DNA of 64,000 bases, from positions 32,001-96,000 of the forward strand of contig CAVZQN010000006.1 in the NCBI GenBank assembly GCA_963777505.1. The letters are read 5' to 3'. The stretch is from an uncultured bacterium. Its GTDB lineage: Bacteria > Acidobacteriota > HRBIN11 > JAKEFK01. The translations under genes and the position numbers were made by a program. Under the pieces are notes generated by a model. That model worked only from the letters and a program-made list of their open reading frames with translations, had not been told where the DNA came from and searched no databases. Positions 52,034-62,716 of this stretch are shown here, piece by piece; position 1 is the stretch's first letter, and each line of letters begins with the position of its first letter.

Positions 52034-52107
52034 TGGCTGGGGGACAGGGATTTGAACCCCGATAAGCAGATCCAGAGCCTGCTGTCCTGCCGTTGGACGA
52101 TCCCCCA
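52034..52107 (-). tRNA. tRNA-Gln (anticodon CTG)
   Basis: TGGGGGA/TCCCCCA acceptor stem, CT-CTG-GA anticodon loop, GGTTCAAATCC T-arm and encoded CCA. Confidence 0.97.
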
Positions 52108-52243
52108 GAACAACATTTCAGATGTCACAGATTTCAGATTGAAACCTAAAGAAGGGTAAAAATAGCATTCGACAACCAAAGTGTCAAACCACAAACTTTG
52201 CAATTTGCAATCGTACAATATGCAATAGTACTTGAAAAAGCAT

Positions 52244-52277
52244 CAGGGCCGCTTACTGACAAACAGCAGCGGCCCTG
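52244..52277 (-). terminator. Intrinsic terminator of the cupredoxin-domain gene
   Basis: CAGGGCCGCT/AGCGGCCCTG stem with a T-run on the minus strand. Confidence 0.7.
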
Positions 52278-52296
52278 TGTAATTTAAGGAAGGAGA

Positions 52297-53772
52297 TCAG
52301 TAGCGTGGAGGTGGCTCCTGATCTGCGGTAACGGTAATCGTGCCGGACATTGATTGTCCGTGTATCACACATATATATGGGAACGAACCTCTCTGCGTGA
52401 ATCTGAATTCAAACGTTTGTCCATTATTCAAGATGGGGCTATTAAATACACCATTGTTACCTGTAGGGTCATGTGGATTTTGACCATTGTTTATCCACTT
52501 CACTGTCGCACCAGTCGGAACGGTAAGTTCAGCAGGCGAAAAGAAATTATCACCGATGGTGATCGTATTTCCTGAAGGAGTCGTCTGTCCATTCAAAAAG
52601 AAAATTGCGGCACGTGCTTTAAATCGCACTGCGGCTCCGCCAGCTATGGATGCAGGTGAGTTTGAATCTTCCCAAACAACAAACACATTACCCTGTTGTG
52701 GATCATATGAAGTGTTCGAGTTTCTTGTGTGAGTCAATGAAGAGGTTGCAACTGAAAAAGGTTGCTTAATCACTGAACCACTTGCGGTATTTAAGGCGGC
52801 TGATTTCACCTGATTCGATTGTGTCCACACACCAAGAAATTGACTATTGCGCGAATCATTAACCAGACTGGCCTGAATGCTGTTTGCATCCGCGGCATTG
52901 TTGATCGCTTTTGTTCCTGAAGCAAAAGTTCCGGATGAACTGATTTTGCGATATTTAATTGTTGTCTTATCACTCCAGATTCCGAATCCTGTTCCGGCAT
53001 CAAGAAAACTTGAATCGCCAACCGTATTCAATCCAGCAGTTGTGGGTTGAAATCGCGATGGAGCTGCTCTGAGTAACGTACCATCCGGTTTCGCTGTAAA
53101 ACCTACGAGACTTGATGCTGCGCCACCTTTTTCAAGAACCATTACGATTAGATTTCCATTTTGTGGATTGGTAGAAACCGAACCAGGTCCCCAGGTTTTT
53201 CCAACCGGCGCGGTTGCAAGATTCCGGATGTCTCCCGCTGGTTTACCCGTTGGATCCAGATTTCTACTTTTTAGAATGCGGTTTGGATTTCCATCCTGAC
53301 TTCCAGCCCAAAAAATTAAGAATTTTTTTCCAACAGGATCATAGGCAAGTCGCGGCATACTATTGGTTACACCGCCTTCAATTAATGAAGCAGGACCAGT
53401 CTTTACAAAATTTGCATTGAAGAATTGTGTTAGTAATCCTTGTGCGGTTTCATATGCGAGCACATAAGTGTAATTGACAGAATCATAAGAAATATCAAAG
53501 TTTTGCTCGAATGCCGTAACTCCGGAAGTCATTACTTTTGCGGCTCCCAGAGCTCCATCAGATTGAACAAGACGGCCCATAATTTTCGCTGGATTTCCAT
53601 TTTGCCGCCATGCAACAAGCCATAAATGCTTAAATCCATTTCTGGTTACGCGCGGTGTACCTGCAATTCCCGCAAATTCACTGGAAAGGGTCAAAGTTTT
53701 CAAAGTTTCCTGAGCGGCTGCAACGGATACCAGAGCAACAATCAAAAATGCTGTGGAAAACGTTTTCCTCAT
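52297..53772 (-). CDS. Secreted beta-rich protein with C-terminal cupredoxin (plastocyanin-like) domain
   Basis: Signal peptide (…VAAAQ); FSPAELTV, NPHD and YICVIHGQSMSG (H, C-x2-H-x3-M type 1 Cu ligands). Confidence 0.82.
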   Translation of the reverse strand: MRKTFSTAFLIVALVSVAAAQETLKTLTLSSEFAGIAGTPRVTRNGFKHLWLVAWRQNGNPAKIMGRLVQSDGALGAAKVMTSGVTAFEQNFDISYDSVNYTYVLAYETAQGLLTQFFNANFVKTGPASLIEGGVTNSMPRLAYDPVGKKFLIFWAGSQDGNPNRILKSRNLDPTGKPAGDIRNLATAPVGKTWGPGSVSTNPQNGNLIVMVLEKGGAASSLVGFTAKPDGTLLRAAPSRFQPTTAGLNTVGDSSFLDAGTGFGIWSDKTTIKYRKISSSGTFASGTKAINNAADANSIQASLVNDSRNSQFLGVWTQSNQVKSAALNTASGSVIKQPFSVATSSLTHTRNSNTSYDPQQGNVFVVWEDSNSPASIAGGAAVRFKARAAIFFLNGQTTPSGNTITIGDNFFSPAELTVPTGATVKWINNGQNPHDPTGNNGVFNSPILNNGQTFEFRFTQRGSFPYICVIHGQSMSGTITVTADQEPPPRY

Positions 53773-53818
53773 ATTCGACTCCTTCGTCGATCAATTTAGA
53801 ATAGCGTTTAATATTCAA

Positions 53819-53834
53819 AGCAACATGTATGCCA
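53819..53834 (-). promoter_or_regulatory. sigma54 promoter
   Basis: Reverse strand reads TGGCAT-ACATG-TTGCT, 46 nt before the ATG. Confidence 0.75.
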
Positions 53835-54079
53835 TACAAATTTTTATAAGCAAAATAACATGTAAATTATTACGATAAAACGATTTATATCATCAAACCA
53901 CTGTCCATTTCATATTGGACGCTTGGCTCATCCTGATACATTCCGGTTTGGAAGTAGCTGTAACACAACAAGACAAAAAGACTCAGATATTGACAGGGCA
54001 ACAGTGTGGATTTCTCTGTGGAAATGGTGATTATGGCCTGAGGATTGCTGTGAAAATCGCTCTGGTATACTAGCGCGAC

Positions 54080-55675
54080 ATGACTGAACAGGCACAAAAA
54101 ACAAAGAGCCTGGCAAGGACAGCAGGGGCAGTTTCGTTTGCAACTTTGATCAGCCGGATCCTTGGATTAATCCGGGAAATGGTCCTTGCAAAATACTTTA
54201 CTGTTTTTGCTACTGATGCTTTTTTTGCTGCCTTTCGAATTCCAAACCTGCTTCGCGATCTATTTGCTGAAGGAGCCCTCAGCGCTGCTTTTGTTCCAAC
54301 TTTCACTGAATACAAACAAAAGAGAACTCGTGAAGAAGGCTGGCTGCTCGCAAATATTGTTCTCAATGCTCTTGTTGTAATCCTGAGTGTTGTTACTCTT
54401 TTAATTCTACTTTTTGCGAAGTATCTCGTCCTGCTGCTTGTTTCAGGTTTCGCTCAAATTCCAGGCAAGATCGAATTAACTGTGCATCTCACTCGAATCA
54501 TGTCCCCATTTTTGTTAACTGTAGCTCTTGCAGCGGCTGTGATGGGGATCCTGAACACTTACGGCAAGTTTTTTGTTCCTGCCCTTGCTCCTGCATTTTT
54601 TAACGTTTGCAGCATTCTGGCGGGTATTTTCTTATCACCATTGATGCCGCGCTTCGGGCTCGAGCCGATTACCGCAATGGCAATCGGAAGCCTGGTTGGC
54701 GGCGTTGCACAACTCGCAGTACAAATTCCTGCACTGCATCGCTGCGGTTTTCGTTATCGTCTAACGATCAATTGGAAACATGCGGGACTTCAACGCATCT
54801 TTCGATTAATGCTGCCTGCAGCATTTGGTCTTGCTGCAACTCAAATCAATATCCTGATCGATAATCAACTCGCCTCGTATCTTGGTAATGGACCTGTCTC
54901 CTGGCTCAACTATGCCTTTCGATTGATGCAGCTTCCGATTGGGCTTTTCGGAGTCGCAATCGCAACTGTCCATCTAACAAGTGCATCACAACATGTAGCC
55001 GCGAATAATATGGAGGGATTGAAGGCAAATCTTGCTGATGCAATCAAACTTGCGGCATTCTTGAATATTCCAGCGACTGCGGGGCTAATTTTTCTGCGGT
55101 ATCCAATCGTTCAAATCTTATATGAACGCGGACGTTTCACACCTGAATACACGATTTATACAGGCGATGCTTTGCTTTGTTACGCAATAGGCCTCTTTGC
55201 GTATTCACTTGTTAAAATTGTTACGCCAACATTTTATGCTCTTGGCGATACAAAAAAACCGGTTCAATTCTCCGGTCTGGTAATCCTTTTGAAAATCGGA
55301 ATTAATCTCGCGTTGATTCAGAAATTGGGATTTCTTGGTCTTGCGCTTGGTACATCTCTCGCTTCTTTGTTAAACACAGGCTTACTTTTGAATGCCCTAC
55401 GTAAGAAAATTGGAAGTCTTGAAGGTCATGAAGTGCTTTCTACCATCATTCGGATCACAATAGCGAGTGTGCTGATGGGTGTGGCGGCATGGCAGCTTCA
55501 TACCTGGCTCGCAGTCCAGGTTGGACTCGATTCATTGCAACAAAAATCAATCGTACTTGGAGTAACGATCGTTGCATCCCTTGCTCTTTTGATGTTGCTC
55601 AGCTATTTATTCAAGGTGAAAGAAGCGAAAACAATCCTGGGCCTCGTAATCAACAGAAGGAAAAAATCAAATTAA
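54080..55675 (+). CDS. murJ: Lipid II flippase MurJ
   Basis: SRILGLIRE, DAFFAAFRIPNLLRDLFAEGALSAAFVP and RLMQLPIG. Confidence 0.96.
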   Translation: MTEQAQKTKSLARTAGAVSFATLISRILGLIREMVLAKYFTVFATDAFFAAFRIPNLLRDLFAEGALSAAFVPTFTEYKQKRTREEGWLLANIVLNALVVILSVVTLLILLFAKYLVLLLVSGFAQIPGKIELTVHLTRIMSPFLLTVALAAAVMGILNTYGKFFVPALAPAFFNVCSILAGIFLSPLMPRFGLEPITAMAIGSLVGGVAQLAVQIPALHRCGFRYRLTINWKHAGLQRIFRLMLPAAFGLAATQINILIDNQLASYLGNGPVSWLNYAFRLMQLPIGLFGVAIATVHLTSASQHVAANNMEGLKANLADAIKLAAFLNIPATAGLIFLRYPIVQILYERGRFTPEYTIYTGDALLCYAIGLFAYSLVKIVTPTFYALGDTKKPVQFSGLVILLKIGINLALIQKLGFLGLALGTSLASLLNTGLLLNALRKKIGSLEGHEVLSTIIRITIASVLMGVAAWQLHTWLAVQVGLDSLQQKSIVLGVTIVASLALLMLLSYLFKVKEAKTILGLVINRRKKSN

Positions 55676-55688
55676 GGCAGACTGATCA

Positions 55689-56576
55689 ATGTTTGGTGTA
55701 ATTTGCTGGACCATTCTTTGCGTGCTTGCGATCCGATCGCTCCTGCTTCTGTTTGCAGCAGGAAAACCTTTATTCATTCGGCTGTTCGACTTTCTTTTCT
55801 TTCTGTTTTTTGCAAGCTGTGCTGCCCTTCTTTTTACATTTTTAAGAGCACAAATTCTCGCACAGGCTCAAATTGCAATCATTGCCTTTGTTGTAATGAT
55901 GATTTCAATTGGAACTCTTGCATTGCGCCGTTCGAGGCAACCCTATGCGCCTCATCCAATTTTTTTTCTGTTTAAGGCTTTGCTTGTTATGGTGCTTCTA
56001 ATTGCCTGCTTACTCGCTGTAATGATGTCTGGTTTTCAATACTTAACCGAAGATAGACCGGTATTGAAAGTGGTGCTCACCGGTGATCAGAAACAAGAGC
56101 TTGTTGAATGGCAGCCTCCAAATGGAACACTGCGAAAGGAAACTTTGACTTCATATGAAGTGGAATTCCAAACTCCTGAAGGTGCACCGGTCACGGAGAT
56201 TTATGCCTATGGTGATCAAGTCGCAGCAAAGGCACGTGTGCTGCGTTTCAAACCAATTCTGAATGTAATTGGAATTCAAAATCTTTGTAAGATTGAATAC
56301 ATCCACAACAGCTATGATACGGCTCCACGTTTTAATGCCTATCCGCACAAAGCGTGGGAAATCAGGACAGCGCACCCGTTGATTGAGCCGTACCAAGAAA
56401 AATTCTGGAACTTTTGGCGCAATTATTATTCTCAAGAAGAAAAGAGCGCCTGGGTTAAAAGTGCAACACTCGAATCCACCTACTTTCCACTCGTGCGCCC
56501 TGATGGAACTGCATTTAAAGGAGCATATTTTCTAACAGTTACATCCGGGGGACTTAGCGCCGTTCCACTGCCATAA
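55689..56576 (+). CDS. Hypothetical membrane protein
   Basis: Four N-terminal TM helices plus a soluble domain; in operon order after murJ. Confidence 0.7.
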   Translation: MFGVICWTILCVLAIRSLLLLFAAGKPLFIRLFDFLFFLFFASCAALLFTFLRAQILAQAQIAIIAFVVMMISIGTLALRRSRQPYAPHPIFFLFKALLVMVLLIACLLAVMMSGFQYLTEDRPVLKVVLTGDQKQELVEWQPPNGTLRKETLTSYEVEFQTPEGAPVTEIYAYGDQVAAKARVLRFKPILNVIGIQNLCKIEYIHNSYDTAPRFNAYPHKAWEIRTAHPLIEPYQEKFWNFWRNYYSQEEKSAWVKSATLESTYFPLVRPDGTAFKGAYFLTVTSGGLSAVPLP

Positions 56577-56627
56577 TATCGGGGCGCCAGAAGGCCGCCC
56601 GTACGTTATACTTAAAAGAGGTGACTG

Positions 56628-57851
56628 ATGAGTTCATTTGAAGCGAAGGATGACTTGATCTATGACTGGAATAAAAAAGGAATTCCGGTAAAACCGAAAA
56701 ATCTTTTGTTAGATGATGAAACTCTACGCGATGGGCTGCAATCCCCCTCAGTTCAAGATCCTAAAATCGAAGATAAAATCCGCTTGCTGCATTATATGGA
56801 TGAACTTGGAATCGATACAGCCGACATCGGTCTTCCTGGTGCAGGACCGCGCGCTGTTGCCGATGTTGAAGCGTTAGCACGGGAAATCGCTCAAGCCAAA
56901 TTGAAAATCAATGCGAATTGCGCAGCCCGCACTTTAATTTCCGATATCAAACCGATTGCTGAAATTTCGCAACGAACAGGAGTTTCAATTGAAGCCTTCT
57001 GCTTTCTTGGATCCAGTCCAATCCGGCAATTTACTGAAAACTGGACCATCGATGTTTTGTTAAAACATACCGAAGAAGCAATCTCTTTTGCGGCCAAACA
57101 ACAGATTCCGGTAAGTTATGTTACCGAAGACACGACACGCTCCGATCCGGAGACGATTGCGAAACTCTATCGAACCGCAATCGAATGTGGTGCACGCGGA
57201 GTCGTCATTGCTGATACAGTCGGTCATGCGACGCCTGTTGGAACGACGGCGTTAGTGCGATTCGTAAGGAAAGTTGTTGATGATACGGGCGAAAAAATCC
57301 GTGTCGATTGGCATGGTCATCGTGATCGTGGAATGGATCTGGCGAACTCTTTTGCTGCATGGCTTGCAGGTGCTGATCAGGTTCACGGAGCTGCGATCGG
57401 ACTTGGGGAACGTGTAGGAAATACTCCGATGGATTTGCTCCTTGTGAATCTAAAACTTCTGGGCTGGATCGATCGTGATTTAAGCTGTTTGAAAGATTAT
57501 TGTGAACTTGCTTCGCATGCTACAGGAGTTACAGTGCCCCAGAATTATCCTGTAATGGGGAAAGATGCTTTTCGTACTGCAACAGGTGTCCACGCTGCCG
57601 CAGTCATTAAAGCTTATAAAAAGAATGATGAATGGTTAGCAAATAATGTTTATTCAGGCGTACCTGCATATTATTTTGGGTTGCGCCAAAAAGTTGAAAT
57701 AGGGCCAATGAGCGGTAAATCAAATGTCTTGTTCTGGCTGAGCGAAAATGGCATTGAAGCGACTGAAGATCGCATTTCACGAATTTATGATGCGGCCAAA
57801 CAGTCTAACCGCCTTTTAACAGACGAAGAAATTCGAGCCCTCGCGCAATAA
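56628..57851 (+). CDS. LeuA-family DRE-TIM acyltransferase (short, no regulatory domain)
   Basis: DETLRDGLQ, ADTVG, HGHRDRG and GLGERVGN. Confidence 0.88.
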   Translation: MSSFEAKDDLIYDWNKKGIPVKPKNLLLDDETLRDGLQSPSVQDPKIEDKIRLLHYMDELGIDTADIGLPGAGPRAVADVEALAREIAQAKLKINANCAARTLISDIKPIAEISQRTGVSIEAFCFLGSSPIRQFTENWTIDVLLKHTEEAISFAAKQQIPVSYVTEDTTRSDPETIAKLYRTAIECGARGVVIADTVGHATPVGTTALVRFVRKVVDDTGEKIRVDWHGHRDRGMDLANSFAAWLAGADQVHGAAIGLGERVGNTPMDLLLVNLKLLGWIDRDLSCLKDYCELASHATGVTVPQNYPVMGKDAFRTATGVHAAAVIKAYKKNDEWLANNVYSGVPAYYFGLRQKVEIGPMSGKSNVLFWLSENGIEATEDRISRIYDAAKQSNRLLTDEEIRALAQ

Positions 57852-57874
57852 TAAAAAATCAGACTTGAGGAAAG

Positions 57875-59038
57875 ATGGCAACGGCTGAGGAGAACTTTAC
57901 CCTGAGGCATCATGGAAAATGCCAAACCCTATTTCAGTATTTGGATGACCATTTTCAGGATTACATAGAAGAGCTTGTTCGAATTTGTGAGATTCCAGCT
58001 CCAACCTTTGAAGAAGAAAAACGGGCGGAATATTATGCTCGTCTTTTTCAAACGATGGGATTCAAGGCCAGTGTTGATGATGCTGGCAACGTAGAAGTCC
58101 CCATTCACAAAAATGGAAAACCGCGGATGGTGCTATCGGCCCATCTTGATACTGTTTTTCCTTTTGATGAAATCCGGGTGAAACGCGAAGGTACGATGCT
58201 GCGAGCTCCAGGAATTTCGGATGATTCAGCAGGTTTAGCAGCGATGTATATTTTGGCGCGGGCATTTCATGAAACAAAATTTCCTGCACGCGGATCCCTT
58301 ACTTTGCTTGCAACAGTTGGCGAAGAAGGGTTGGGAAATTTGCGCGGGGTAAAACATTTTTTTGATCGTAATGCTTCAAAAGTTGATGCTTTTGTTTCGC
58401 TTGATGGTTGCGACTCCGAACGCCTGGTAACGAGCGGTCTCGCGAGTAAACGCATCCGCGTTTATTTTCGGGGACCCGGAGGTCATAGCTGGGGTGACGC
58501 AGGAACACCAAATCCAATTCATGCATCAGGGGAATTTCTATCGCGAATTCACCGTCTTGTACTTCCAGCAGAGCCAAAAACCGCAATTAATGTAGGCGTC
58601 ATATCCGGCGGTACTTCGATTAACGCAATCCCTACTGAAACTTATATGGATATTGATATGCGCAGCGAAAGTGCTGATTCACTGAATGCCCTGGATGGAT
58701 TCGTTAAGAATGCTTTAAGTGAAAGTACGTATGTAAATGGCTCAATTGCAACCGAATCAAAAATTCTCGGTGAACGTCCATCAGGCTCAATTTCACCGGA
58801 TCACGATCTTGTGCGTATTTCCGTTGCAACGAATAAACATTTTTCGATGTTAGCAAAGTTGGATGTAGGAAGTACCGATTCCAACATTCCTTTTTCTCTC
58901 GGAATTCCTGCCATTACGCTTGGCGTCGGGGGACGAAGCGGAAAAATTCATACACCGGAAGAATGGTATGATGTCAAAGGAGCAGATATTGGGCTGAAAC
59001 GAACAGCCTTGCTGCTCGCCGAATTTCTAAATTCTTAA
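57875..59038 (+). CDS. M20/M25/M40 family metallo-hydrolase
   Basis: SAHLDTVF, PGISDD, GEEGLGNLRG, GGHSW and HTPEEW. Confidence 0.9.
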   Translation: MATAEENFTLRHHGKCQTLFQYLDDHFQDYIEELVRICEIPAPTFEEEKRAEYYARLFQTMGFKASVDDAGNVEVPIHKNGKPRMVLSAHLDTVFPFDEIRVKREGTMLRAPGISDDSAGLAAMYILARAFHETKFPARGSLTLLATVGEEGLGNLRGVKHFFDRNASKVDAFVSLDGCDSERLVTSGLASKRIRVYFRGPGGHSWGDAGTPNPIHASGEFLSRIHRLVLPAEPKTAINVGVISGGTSINAIPTETYMDIDMRSESADSLNALDGFVKNALSESTYVNGSIATESKILGERPSGSISPDHDLVRISVATNKHFSMLAKLDVGSTDSNIPFSLGIPAITLGVGGRSGKIHTPEEWYDVKGADIGLKRTALLLAEFLNS

Positions 59039-59053
59039 ACGGCAGCCTTCAAA

Positions 59054-61620
59054 GTGTATTGCCCCCCTTCTACAAAAAAACTCCCGGGCCTCAAAAAGAT
59101 ATTTGTATTGGGTGCATTTTTCTTACTCAGGGTTCACTTACTTTTTTCCGCTGAACCTGAAATAGAAAAAACTTCTGACTTCTACTATCGCGTCCAGACT
59201 GCAATTCAATCCCAGAATCTCGAAGAATTTATGTCGTTGACTGTTACAGAAAAAGACGATCGCGTGGAGTTGAATCAATTCTTTCAGACTTTTCTTGATT
59301 TCAAAGCATCGATGCCTATCATGCAGCTCGCTGATGAAAAAGAAGATCGAATGGTTGTGCATGTCTTGTTGCAGGGTGAAAGTGAAACGGCGTTCCAATC
59401 GTGGAATTTTTCAATCGATCAGACCGGAGGAAAAAAGCTCCTACGTGCTGCCAATGTTGTTAGTTCGATTGATGGTCTCTTCCGACTTAAGGTCAGCTCC
59501 GCTGCACTGCCGATGAATAACGTTAAGATCACACACCATGACATGACTGTTGTTCTTAAAAATGGCCATCTTTTTGTAATACTGGCTGGAGGCGTTCCGG
59601 CCGGAGCCATTTTTCTTGGGAAAGGCAATCTGTTGTTCGTGCCTCCTGATCCTCGCGAACAGCACCAACTGGTTCTATTCAATAAAAAAGCCACGATTGA
59701 TGTTCCTGTAACTCAACTTTTCCTTCGTGCTTCTTCAAGCACGCTAAAAGATTTATTTGGCGATTTGGATTTAAAAAAAGGCGTTTCAGATCCCAAATTG
59801 TTTGAGAAGGCGCAGGAAATTTCCAGGAAAAGTAACATGAATGCTTTTGGCATCGGTCTTCCATTCGGCGATGAACTCTGGTTTCCAAGGTTAACTGGAG
59901 CCGATGTTTATAGTGAGCTCAACACGAAGGTTGGAGAATTAGTTTATCAATTTGCACCGAATGAAATAGAAGACATTATGCTAATCGATCGTGAAAAAGA
60001 TCGGATTATTTCGCTTTATAGCAGCACTGGTTCGTATACTCAAAATTTGGAAGAAGAGAGCCAGGAGGTTCTTGACTACAAGATGAATCTTTCATATAAC
60101 CCTGCTGCAGCACACCTTTCCGGCTCTTCTGAAATCCGCCTTCTCTGCAAGGAACCAACAAATCGAGTCGTTTTTAAATTAAACCCGAGTCTTCGAGTCT
60201 CTCGTATTGAGGGATCGCAGGGATCGTTAATCTATTTTCAAGAACGAAATACGAATAATCTTCACGTGGTGTTGAATGAGAACATCCCGGAGGAAAAAGA
60301 ACTTACCTTGCGCTTTCATTATCGTGGAAGGATTGAGCCTGATAAGGGCCGTGCTGAAGTGCAGAGGATCTCACCAGATCGAGATATCGATACGGAATAC
60401 TTTGTCCCACCTTCTTTTCTTTATTCCAATTCAGCGCAATGGTATCCACAGTTAATCACAAGACCTTATTCGACCGTAGATGTCACCATCAGTGTGCCTT
60501 CTGATTATGCTGCAATTTCAAACGGCGCTCTTACAAAAACGGAAAAACAAGGTGATCGCACTGTTTATTTCTATTCTTGTGAACAGCCCGTTAAATATTT
60601 TTCGTTACTTGTAGGTCGAATCAATTCAAGTATCTCGTTCGAATCGATTGTTCCAATGAATATTTTCTTTTACAGTCTGGATCGGAGCAACGCGCAGCAA
60701 CAAGCGGAATCCGCAGATCGGATTTTACGATTTTATGAAAATTATTTTGGGAAGTATCCTTATTCATCTTTAAACCTTGCATTAAGACCCTCCCACGAAT
60801 TAGGCGGACATGCTCCAGCAACGTTCGTAATTGCGAACCGCGGTATTCACCTTTGTTCAATCCCGATTTGCCAAGGATCCTCTGTATGTTCCGGAATATC
60901 CCGATTTTTTTCTCGCACATGAAATTGCTCACCAATGGTGGGGACAGGCAGTTGGCTGGCGAACTTACCGCGATCAATGGCTTTCCGAAGGATTTGCACA
61001 CTTTGCAGCAGCGGAATATATCCGATCTGTTCATGGCGATCAGGCATGGATTAAACTTTCCCGCATTTTTTATTCATGGGTGGAAAGCAAAACAAAAGCC
61101 GGTCCGCTATGGTTAGGCAGCCGATTGGGACATCTAACAGAAGATCCTCAGGCGTTTACCGCACTTCTCTACAACAAAGGAGCTTACACGCTGCTTATGC
61201 TAAAGAACTGGATGGGAGAGGAAAAATTTTCCGAATGCCTCGCGGAATTTTTCAAGACCTTCCAAAACTCCAAAGCAACAATCAATGATTTTCAGAAAGT
61301 CGCGCAGCGTCATGCTTCAGGAAGCCTTGATCCATTTTTTGATCAATGGTTATCGCGATGGGATGTACCCCAAGTGAAATGGATCGTGATGGAGAAAACG
61401 GAATCAGTTCTCAAACTGCGTTTTGAACAAATGACTGCTCAACCGTATGTTCTGAAACTACCCGTTTTCATCAAGAGCTCGCACCGGCGAAACATTTCGG
61501 ACTGATGCTTTAGTGGATACGAAGGTTAAGGTAGTAGAAATTGCCGTTCCATTTCAGCCAGCAGAAGTTGAAGTGGATCCACTTTTTGAAAATCTGGTGA
61601 AAATGACGTCCCCGAAATGA
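59054..61620 (+). CDS. M1 family aminopeptidase-like exported protein; frameshifts near 60840 and 61490
   Basis: AHEIAHQWWG...WLSEGFA (HExxH-x18-E) and YNKGA. Confidence 0.85.
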
Positions 61621-61625
61621 TTGTG

Positions 61626-62578
61626 CTACTTGCCTGATTCGATCTTATTGCGGCCGTTATTCTTTGCGTTGTAGAGCGCTTCATCCGCTTTCCGCACAAG
61701 TTCATCAACTGATTTTGTTTTCATCTCAGGAATTGATGCGCAGCCGCCGCTAACCGTGATACGCACAACTTTATCCTCAATTACAAATTCAGTGTCTTCT
61801 ATATCTTTCCGAATCCGTTCCGCATGCGCTATACAACCGTTTAACCCTGTTTCAGGAAGTAACAAAGTAAACTCTTCCCCCCGTAACGAGCAATTAAGTC
61901 AGACTGGCGCATGTTTCTCATCATCACTTCACCGAGTTGAACAAGGACTGCATCACCAGCGAGGTGCCCAAAGCAATCATTCACACGTTTAAAAAAATCG
62001 ACATCCAGGATTACAAAAGAGAGTTCTTTTTTGTACCGTTGAGCACGAGCAAACTCATTTGAGAATTGCTCCATAAAACGTCTTCGATTCGCCAGCTTCG
62101 TCAGCTCATCCGTACCGGATAACTCACGTAAGCGGTTATTCTTTTCTTTCAGCTCATCTTGAAGATGCTTAATCTTCAATTGGACTTTTACGCGCGCGAT
62201 GAGCTCGCCTTCATCAAAAGGCTTTGTCAGATAATCCGAAGCTCCTTGCTCCAAACCTTTTATTTTCTTTTCGACATCTTCTTCAGATGTCAGCATGATG
62301 ACTGGTATTTCGGAGAAGCTTGGATTGGTGGATTTAGAAATGAGGAATTTAAAACCATCGAATTCAGGCATTACAATATCGCAGATTACAAGATCCACTC
62401 TTTTGTCCATGAGCATCTTGATACCCTCCAGTCCGTTTTTTGCCTCAAAACAGAATTCCAGAAGATGCGCTTGTTTTAAAATAGACCGGATCTTTTTTCG
62501 AACGGATTCCGAATCATCAACGATCAGAATATTCGCTTTGATCCCGCCTCTTGAATTGCCGCTACGCTGCGAGCTCAT
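61626..62578 (-). CDS. REC-GGDEF diguanylate cyclase; frameshift in the G-run encoding GGEEF
   Basis: REC (IVDD, ICDIVMP), TDELT, DVDFFKRVND, GHLAGD, ARYGG then ADEALY. Confidence 0.88.
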
Positions 62579-62716
62579 GAATTTCTTGGCCCCCGCCCCC
62601 TTGTTGTTCTAATATTCTACCCAAGACTCCCTTGTGTTGATAATGACAGTATTTGTTGCCTTTGTGTAGCGTCGTCTATAATTAGTTCGATTTCCGACGA
62701 CAAAAGGGGTTCGTTC

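Larger units (their letters stand above)
11635..52040. mobile_element. Putative genomic island at the 3' end of tRNA-Gln (no integrase seen)
   Basis: Accessory gene content and visibly GC-richer internal segments (e.g. ~32.7-38 kb). Ends at the tRNA 3' end, with a short imperfect direct repeat GAGTTA(A)TGGCTGG at 11635 and 52027. Confidence 0.35.

Noticed and set aside
61877-61882. G6 tract breaking the GGEEF motif as a phase-variation switch
   Set aside because: The tract is short and the window is full of similar indels; a homopolymer error is simpler.
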